The notes below the pieces were generated by a model that had not been told where the DNA came from, did no database searches, and saw only the letters and a program-made list of their open reading frames with translations. From Thermoplasmata archaeon (GTDB lineage Archaea; Thermoplasmatota; Thermoplasmata; GCA-020350865): a stretch of 64,000 bases of DNA. Location: contig CP070751.1 in the NCBI GenBank assembly GCA_020348445.1, positions 343,772 through 407,771 of the forward strand. Reading direction: 5' to 3'. Shown piece after piece: positions 38,121 to 48,000 of the stretch (the stretch's first letter is position 1; each line of letters opens with the position of its first letter). A program made the position numbers and the translations under genes.

Positions 38121-38984
38121 ATGGAAGAAGAAAGTGAACAGCAACCCAAAATTAGATCAGATGAGCCACCGCCTCCCAGAAACGGTTTCACACATCCGAT
38201 ATATCCCAAACAAACACCGGAATCCTCAACCCCTTCGCAACCTCTTTATTCCTGGGAGTTGTTACCATGGGAGGCAAGGGAGCATTTAAGGTCCAAAAAG
38301 GGGAGGAACCCAGTTTTTGTTATCATAGGAGTTTTTCTTATTATCATCTTCGCCTTGGAAATCCCCATAGCAGGATTGTTTTTTTATTACGGCTCAACAG
38401 ATGGTTTGGACTTTGGAGGGAATATTACACTTTCTGGAAATGTTCAGGGAGAAGACGGAACCAATCTATCAGGTGCGACAATATCCATCATCGGTACAAA
38501 TCTTACCACGACTTCCGATGAAAAGGGTAAATACACCTTAGAAAACGCCCCAAGAGGTATTTGGAGTGTAAGGGTCTTTCACGTTGGTTACAAGGAGGAA
38601 ACACGCAGGATACTCATACAACAAGGTTTTATAGATTCATTGGATTTCAAACTCGAAGAAGGTGTGGGAAACCGGAAACAAAACGACCTCTGGTATTTCT
38701 TCAGCCTGGCCATACTCATGCTGCTTTTCTCACCTTTCGTTGTGGCTGGTTCATATTACGCTTTTAAAAGAAGGCGTTTTGCTGTTGTCCTGGTGGGGGC
38801 AATTTTGGGTATTCTCACAATGACCCCCTCATTTGTTTTCGAGTTCTCGCTACTCGTTTTCATTCTGGGCTCTTTGGGTTTTATCTTAAGTATATCTGCT
38901 TTGATGATGATCGTTATGAATAGGAGGGCGTTTTTAGAAAGGGAGTATAAAATTATATCTGAAGAAGAGGACAAATCCATCTAA
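38121..38984 (+). CDS. Membrane protein with carboxypeptidase-regulatory-like (beta-sandwich) domain
   Basis: LSGNVQ...LSGATISI...TTSDEKGKYTL...G domain flanked by one N-terminal and about three C-terminal TM segments. Confidence 0.75.
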   Translation: MEEESEQQPKIRSDEPPPPRNGFTHPIYPKQTPESSTPSQPLYSWELLPWEAREHLRSKKGRNPVFVIIGVFLIIIFALEIPIAGLFFYYGSTDGLDFGGNITLSGNVQGEDGTNLSGATISIIGTNLTTTSDEKGKYTLENAPRGIWSVRVFHVGYKEETRRILIQQGFIDSLDFKLEEGVGNRKQNDLWYFFSLAILMLLFSPFVVAGSYYAFKRRRFAVVLVGAILGILTMTPSFVFEFSLLVFILGSLGFILSISALMMIVMNRRAFLEREYKIISEEEDKSI

Positions 38985-39023
38985 TCCGAATGATTCCCCA
39001 AAAGAATGGAGAAACAGGTTTTT

Positions 39024-42000
39024 TTAATCAATGGTGCCTGAAGTTCCGCAATGCGGGCACTCAATCATCCGGGGTCCCGCCATTACCTCGACCATAAATG
39101 ATCTGCCGCAGGAGGGGCATTCTATCTCTTCTTGATCCACCTTGGGTTTTCCTTCATGTCTATCCGATACTTCCTCTTGCTCCTTTGTCTTGATCACTAT
39201 CGTTCCTACCTCAGGTGATGCCTCGCGTTCCTTTCTTTGTGCAGGCGCCCTTTGTGTCACTTTTTGAAATCCCAAATATGCTTCCTCATCACCCAGGACA
39301 GCAGGGGGTTTTCTTTGGGTGATAAACATGAAGATTATCCCGAAAACGATCAGGGCGGTTATTAAAATCCACCACCACCAAAATGGTTCCAAAGACCTTG
39401 ATTTATCAAGAGGATAGTAATCTTTACTGTCGGCGACACCATCGCCATCATCATCCCAATCTGCATTGTTGCCGATTCCATCAGAATCTGTATCCTCCCA
39501 CTCGTTGGGATCGTCAGGGAATTTGTCCTTATTATTTGAATTTAATACACCGTCACCGTCTCTGTCATCGTCTTGGTTGTCCCCCAGCCCATCAGAGTCG
39601 GAATCCCGCCATTCTGAGTTATCAAACGGAAATACATCACGTGAATCAGTTGTTCCGTCGTTGTCGTCATCTGAATCAGTATTGTCGCCGAAGCCATCTG
39701 AATCAGTGTCCCTCCATTCGAGGGCATCATTTGGGAATCTATCATATGTGTTTGCCACCCCATCCCCGTCCTTATCGTAATCTGTTTTATCTCCTATGCC
39801 ATCACCATCCAGATCAGAGGTTTCGCTTGCGTTGTACGGGAATGCATCGTTTGTGTTGAATACACCGTCCCCATCCGCATCCATATCCGAGTTGTCGCCA
39901 ATGCCATCGGAATCGGAATCAGAATATTCATCTGGATTCAGTGGGAATGCATCAGAAAAGTCCATTATGCCGTCACCATCATCATCCAGATCATCATTGT
40001 TACCCTGGCCGTCGGAATCAGAATCCATCCATTCATCATCATCCAATGGAAATTCATCATTTATGTCATATACTCCGTCACCATCGTCATCTAAATCCGC
40101 GTTATTACCAAGACCGTCGGAATCGGTATCCACCCATTCATTTGGATTGGCGGGAAAATCATCCTGTAAATCAGAGACTGCATCGTTGTCATCATCCAAA
40201 TCCATGTTGTCACCTATGCCGTCGCCATCATTGTCTTCCCATTCAGTGTTATCGTAAGGGAATGGATCATCTGGATTGTCCACACCATCGTTGTCTATGT
40301 CGGGATCTGCAAGATCGCCTATTCCATCGGAGTCAAAATCTGTGTTGTCCACGATAACTACAATGGAACCTTGTGCCACATGGCCTGCCAGATCAATTGC
40401 CCTGAACGTTAGTGTATGGCTTCCGTCAGTTTGGAATGTGGTGTCCCAAACAGTGTTATTATCAACCCAGCCCAGGCCATCCACACTGTACTCCACAGAA
40501 TCAATGAATAAATCAAAACCCCTGATGTCCATAACAACATTTCCTTTGACGTAATCCCCACTATGAGGCGAGATTATCGTCAATTGCGGCTGCGTGTTGT
40601 CGATGTTAAATGAAAAAGGTACAGTGGTCTGGGTATGGCTGGGTATTATGTCTTCGCAAGTTGCATATAGGTCATACGTACCGTCTGCGAAAGTAGTTGT
40701 ACCCATTAAAACTTCCCACAAGCCACTTACGCTGTTGTAACCTGTTGCATAATCGTTGCCAGATATCGTTATATACACGTTCGAGACTCCGATACCATCT
40801 GAAGCCGAAATCCCGAAAGTGTAGGTGCCCTGGAGGTACTCGTTGGCCACAGGTGATACGATAGATACAACAGGATAGTCGTTGTCCACTGTTATTGTAA
40901 CACTTTCTGTGACCACATGTCCTATATCGTCGTAAGCTCTGAATGTTATTGTGTAAACACCATATGATCGCGTTGTCGAATCCCATGTTCCAGTCCAACC
41001 CAAGATCTCAGAGCCTGAAAGCGCAGACCAGGCTCCGCTGTCTATTCGGAACTGAACCGTGGGAACAAAGATCCCGGAATCTGTGGAGTTCGCCTCCAAA
41101 GCCACGCTGGGCCCGTATAAAATCTGACTGTTTATTGGCGAGATGACAGACAGTGTGGGGGCGTTGTTGTCTATATAGAAATTGAACGAAATCGTAGTCT
41201 GGGTGTGAATTGGAATACCATCTTTTACTGTTGCGCTTAGGCCGTAAGTTCCATCCGTAATTGCCGTGGTATCTATTGTCACCTCCCATAAAAGGCTTGC
41301 GCTGTTGTACCCCATGACATAGTTGTCGGTATGTATCTGGATGTGCACCTCGGAAACATCCACATCATCAGAAGCCGATACCTTGAAGGTGTACGTACCC
41401 TGGACATATTCATTGGCCACTGGGGACACAACAGAGGCAGCAGGATCGTCGTTGTCCACTGTTACTGTGAGGCTGTCTGTGACCACATGACCGATTTCAT
41501 CGTAGGCTCTGACGGTTATTGTGTGGACACCGTTGGAGTACGCAGTGGAATCCCAGGAAGCAGGAAGTGTAATCCAATTACCACTGTCTATTCTGAACTG
41601 AACAATTAAAACAAAGTCTCCTTCATCTGTGGAATCCACATCCACAACCACATTCTCTCCGTACACAGTTTCCCCTTGCTGCGGTGAATTTATTGAAAGT
41701 GTTGGCTCGTTGTTGTCTATATAGAAATTGACAGAATCAGTAGTCTGAGTGTGACTCGAAATTCCATCCTTTGCAGTTGCAGTGATACTATATACACCAT
41801 CGAAAATCGTGGCGGTGTCCAATTCCATTTCCCACAAACCAGAAACACTGTTGTAACTTGTATTATAATCGTCGCCGTTTATGGTGATAGTGACATTTGT
41901 TATACCCACTTTATCAGAAGCCAGAATTTTGAAGGTGTAAACACCCTGAACAAATTCATTTTTAACAGGCGCAGAAATAGAAACAGTGGGATTATCATTG

Positions 42001-45000
42001 TCCACAGTCACAGTTATACTGTCAGAAACCAAATGCCCGATTTCATCATAGACCCTGAAGGTTATGGTGTGAACACTGTCTGAATGCATGGTTGAGTCCC
42101 ATGTTCCTGTCCATCCTTCGATCTCGGAGCCTGTTAGCGTGATCCATGCCCCACTGTCGATTTTGTATTGAACAACTAGAACAAAGGGCCCTTCGTCAAA
42201 TGAATCAGCATCAATTGAAACTGTGGAGCCGGTCACTGTTACACCGGCAAGAGGTGAATTGATAGATAATACAGGTTCTGTATTGTCCACGTTGAAATCC
42301 AAGGTTGATGTCACCTGGGTGTGACTTGGAATGCCGTCTTGGGCTGTGGCTGTAATTGAGTAATACCCATCTCCTAAAACTGTTGTGTCTATTTCCACCT
42401 CCCACAGACCAGTTACACTGTTGTAACCTGCTGTATAATCGGTACTGTTTATTGTGATATAGACATTTGTTACCCCCACATCATCTGATGCCAGGATCTT
42501 GAAGGTGTAAACACCCTGGACATATTCATTTGCTAGAGGCGCAGAAATAGAAACAGTGGGATTATCATTGTCCACAGTCACGGTTATACTATCCGTGACC
42601 AAATGTCCGATTTCATCATAGGCCCTGAAGGTTATGGTGTGAATCCCATTTGAATAAGCTGTTGAATCCCAGGATCCTGTCCATCCTATGATCTCAGAGC
42701 CTGTTAATGTGATCCATGCCTCGCTGTCGATTTTGTATTGAACAACGGGAACAAAAGGCCCTTCATCATATGAACTTGCATCTATTGAAACTGTGGAGCC
42801 GGTTACTGTTTCACCCGCAAGCGGTGAATTAATAGACAAAACAGGTTCTGTATTGTCCACGTTGAATTCTAAGGCCGATGTTGTCTGGGTGTGGATTGGA
42901 ATACCGTCTTCGGCTGTGGCTGAAATTGAGTAATACCCGTCTCCCATTGCTGTTGTGTCTATTTCCACCTCCCACAGACCACTTGCGCTGTTGTAACCTG
43001 TGGAATAATCATTTCCATTTACTGTGATATAAACATTTGTTATGCCCACATCATCGGAAGCTGATACCTTGAATGTGTAAGAACCGTAAATCCACTCGTT
43101 CCCAATGGGTGCCACTATTGTTACTCTGGGATCATCATTGTCCACAGTTATTGTAACTGTGTCAGAGACCATGTGAACCATGTCATCGTATGATCTTACG
43201 GTTATGCTATGTATCCCGTTAGAGACAGTTGTGGAATCCCACACATCAGACCAATCTAAAAGTTCGGAGCCAGATAAGGTCACCCATGCTCCTGAATCGA
43301 TTCTGTACTGGACAGTGGGAGAAAAGATACCCGGATCAACAGATTCGACGTCTATAAAAATGGTTGTTCCATAAACTGTTACGCCGTTTTCCGGGGAATA
43401 TATCGAAAGTGTAGGTGGTGTGTTATCCACGTAAAATCCTGTGGCTAGAGAGTCCTGTGCACTATTTTTCGCGTAATCCCAAGCCTCGGCACTTAAGGTG
43501 TGAAGACCATCTGATAATGTGGTGGTGTCGATTGCATATTCATAATAACCGCTTGACGGATTGAGAGCTGTTTTATACACTATACCATCCAGAGTGATAT
43601 TCACATACTCAAGTGCATAGTTATCTGTGGCATGAATCTGTATAGTATATGAACCTTCAATGTATTCTAAATCAGTGGGTGAGATTATAGAAATCGAAGG
43701 TGGTATCACATCATTAGATATGTAGACGTCACAGAAGTCGGTGTCTGTATTACCCATATCATCAGTAACTTTTGTTAGAACCCTTGTCATGCCCTCGGGA
43801 TGCAACGTGGTGTCCCAGGAGTAGGTGTATGTATTTCCACCTGCAAATGTCATTGTGTGATAAGTTGCCCCGTAATCAAAGGAAACCTCCACCAAATCCA
43901 CCAAAAAGTCATCCTGTGCAGTTGCTTGGATGATCAGTGTACCTCCAACTGTCTGCCCTTCCTTTGGATAATCCAAGGTTATGGTTGGCGCTATGTTGTC
44001 CGGTACAAGAAGAACATCTACTGAATAAGTATCTGATAGGATCAGAAGGTCCTGCCATGAGCCTGTGGTCCTTCCGTCGTCAGTGTAGTATCCCTGTAAA
44101 CTAAAGACCAGATCATAGGCTGAATTGGACTTCATAGCGATCTGATAGGAGCCATCGGCCTTAGTTTCCGTGCTGACAACGAGATTTCCAAGGGTGTCAT
44201 AGACCTGGACGACCACGTCCTCAAGGGAGTCGCCTGTTATGGAGTCGTTCACATATCCAAATACGAAGTTTCCTGTTTGGGTGAGATATTGATCCCAACT
44301 CTCTATGGTATCTCCGCCTGCGATGTTGATACCAGTATTTGAGTTCGTATCATTTAAAATAGCGTATCCCCAATATGTTGTTGAACTTCCCACTGAAATC
44401 CAATAATCGCCATCGATGGGTGCATCAAGTGCATATTCACCGTCTGGGCTAGTTATGCAATAATCCAGGGGATGGTTGGTTTGCGCAAACATAAAGTATT
44501 TACCTTGTGAATTGATGAAATCGATTACGAAGGTGTGAGGATCAAAGGGTAAAGATGCTGCAATGGAAAATGAAGAGCCCACGTTTAACATGGACTCATC
44601 AGAGAGATCATAATCCTCGTCACAATCAATAAACACTGTTTCGTAGTAACCAGATAGCAGATTGTCCACCACTAATGCATAATAGATGTCGAGCATGTCC
44701 CCATCCTGATTGAGGTTGATTGAAAGAGACGATTCTGAGATAGTGCCATAGTGTATCGCATTGGTCAATGAAATATCGTTTTTCGAGCTTAAAATTATAT
44801 CCAAGAAGGCGGTGATTTTAATGAATGTGCCCGAATCCTCAATATTTATGATTTGGTACATGGTGCCATTAAGATTGACTGTCCCGCTTGTCTCTGTTAA
44901 TCCGAGCACATCCCAGACACCATCGCTTGGATAATCGGTATCGAAATCAGCACAATCAAATATGGAGTCGCCGTCGATATCGCTTAGGAGTACATAGTAG

Positions 45001-48000
45001 GTATCCCCGGAAAGCGGAGGTACCTCGACCTTCCCGAAAAACCAGCTTTCAGTCAAGCCAACACTGGTGCCTGTGGGTTGTATCTCAAAGTACCTGCCTG
45101 AAGAATCGAGGCTCACCAAGGTGTATTGTATCTTCAATTGGCTGCCCTGAAATATGTCAGATGGTTGAAGGGCCATGGCATCCACTCCCACATCCTCGAA
45201 GTCGCCATCATCGTTTAAGTCGATGTACACCTCGTCAAATAGGCCATCTGAATCTAAATCAGAAACTACGGCATCCCGTAAATTCCCCTCCAAAAGTGCA
45301 CTACCTGAGAACCAATGGCTGATCGTTATGACCGTGTCATTTACATCATAATTTACACCATCGTTTACACCTACACCGTCACCTAGATTGTCGTACGATT
45401 GAACATGATATCTGTAGGTGCCGAGGACCACGAATTCTCCTCCCAGATCACGGATTACTTCATCGTTGTCCACTTGGCTTATTTGATCCCCTACATCTCC
45501 GGGAGGTTCGGCAAATATGTCGTCATCTGTGGTAATTTCCATGTAATAGTTATAGAGTCCTTTGGATTTAAAATCAGATAATGCGAATTTCATACCGTCG
45601 ATATTCACAATTCCATCACCATCAACATCTATGGTGAAAGCACCAACATACCACTCAACGCTCAATATCCGAGCATCGTACGAATCCACGATCCCTGGAT
45701 TGTTTCTGAACTCCACACTAAATAACAACGAATCGCCCAGGGTGATGTTGGAGGATGCTGTAATTAGTTCGTCGTTAAGATTATTGGTATCGTCATAATA
45801 GTCCACGATACCGTCCATAAGGGTACCTTCGTCAGTTTCCCTGAATGTGGCGTCGTTTATTGACATGTCCATTGTATCGTAAAGTCCGTCTGAGTTCACA
45901 TCAGTCAGGAAGTAAAGCACTTTGTCATCCTGGATTCCATCGTCATCCTCATCATCGGCATCTATTTCAAATGAGCCATGGTACCACTCGTAAATCAGTA
46001 TCTGCACGTCATTCTCATCTGACTCTGGTGTTGAATCGAAGTTAACTTTGAAAAGCAATGAATCTCCCAATGTCATGCTCGCGTTTTCAGTTACCCGCTC
46101 ATCGTTGTTGTTGTCGTCTGGATTTTGGTAATTTACGATGTCATCTGATAAGGATCCAGAGCCGGTCTCTCCAAAATCCTTATCCTCTATGGAGATGTCC
46201 AAGGTTTCATATATCCCGTTGGAGTCGGTATCTGACAAGACAAAATAAACCTCGTCATCTGCTGCGCCATCGTCGTCTGCATCTATTGTAAATGCTCCTT
46301 CATACCACATACTGCTTCCGATCCTGATATCGTCAGAATCCTGATTGGGGGCGTCGTCGAACTCCACCAAGAATGTATATATATCTCCTAATTTGACGTA
46401 TGCTGATGCTGTTATTTGCTCATCGTTGGTGTTGTCCGATTCATCAAAATCCACATAATTATCGTTTAAATCCCCCTCTCCATAGGTCTCATCCCCTATG
46501 GAGATTTCCAGAACCTCGTACAAACCATCAGAATCTGTATCCACGAGCACAAAATGAACATTGTCATCTGCCAATCCATCATCGTCGCAATCGATTTGAA
46601 GATCCCCTTCATACCATTCTAAGCTTGTGATTCTCGCATCATCAGAATCCAGGTTCGGGCCCGAATCAAATTCACAAGAAAACAAGAAATAAATCCCCAA
46701 TGTGATGTTCGTTGTTGCTGTGATTTGCTCATCATTTGAATTATCGCTTGTTGAAAAATCTACTATGAAATTACCAAGATCCCCTTCCCCGTAAACCTCA
46801 TCACCCATCGATATATCCATGGCCTCGTATATTCCATCTGAATTCGTGTCCGTAAGGACATAGTAGACGTTGTCCGCTTCCACAATGCCGTCTCCATTTC
46901 CATCGATTGTGAAGGTTCCCAAATACCACTCGTTGCTTTTAATTCTCGCATCTTTGGAATCTGTTGGAGGGGCAGCGTCAAAATCAACTGAGAACTCCAG
47001 CAGATCTCCCAAATTAAGGAATTCGGAGGCTGTTATGCGCTCATCATCACCTGTTGTCACATTGTCGTTATCCAGAGTTCCCTGACCATAGGTCGCATCC
47101 AATGATAAGTCCATTGTGTCATATGTACCATTGGAATCTGTGTCCGTCAAAACAAAATAAACCTTATCATCTGCAGCACCGTCGTTGTCTGCGTCGATTG
47201 TGAAGCTGCCTTCGAACCATTCTAGACCCTGAATCTGAGCATCGTTTGTGTCCACATTGGGTGCTGAGTCAAATTCACAGGTGAAATTATAAAAATCACC
47301 CAATTTGATGTTCCTGGAAGTTGTTATTTGCTCGTCATTTATATTGGCAGTTTCGCCAAAATCCACATAATTGTCATTTAAGTCACCCTCGCCATAATCT
47401 TTATCCCCGATTGAAATGTCCATGACCTCATACAATCCTTCAGAATCTGTATCTGAAAGAACAAAATATACATCGTCATCGGCGAGCCCGTCCCCGTCGG
47501 CATCGATTGTGAATGCTCCTTCATACCACTGGTTGCTTGTTATTCTGGCATCCACGCCATCCAGATTCGGGGAGCCATCGAAGGCAACAGTAAATTGGTA
47601 ATGATCACCCAGGATGATTTTTACAGATGAAGTCAAGCGTTCATCGTCCATGTTGTCACTTTCGCTGAAATCCACGGTGGAATTGCTGATCCCTCCCTCT
47701 CCATAAACCTGATCGCCCATTGATATGTCCATAGCCTCGTACATTCCATCTGAATCTGTGTCCGAAAGGACATAATAGACGTTGTTTGCCTCCACTGTTC
47801 CATCACCATTGCCATCTATTGTGAATGTGCCCAGGTACCACTCGTTGCTTGTTATTCTGGCATCATCGGAATCCAAAACCGGTGAGAAATCAAAATCCAT
47901 CTCAAATTCAAAGGAATCGCCAATTGTTACGAATCCAGAGGCTGTTATTTGCTCATCATCAACTGTCGTCACAATATCGTCGTCTAAGGTTCCCTGACCA

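Noticed and set aside
39383-40554. Ser/Pro- and His/Arg-rich plus-strand ORFs
   Set aside because: Antisense shadows of the Asp-rich TSP3 repeats.
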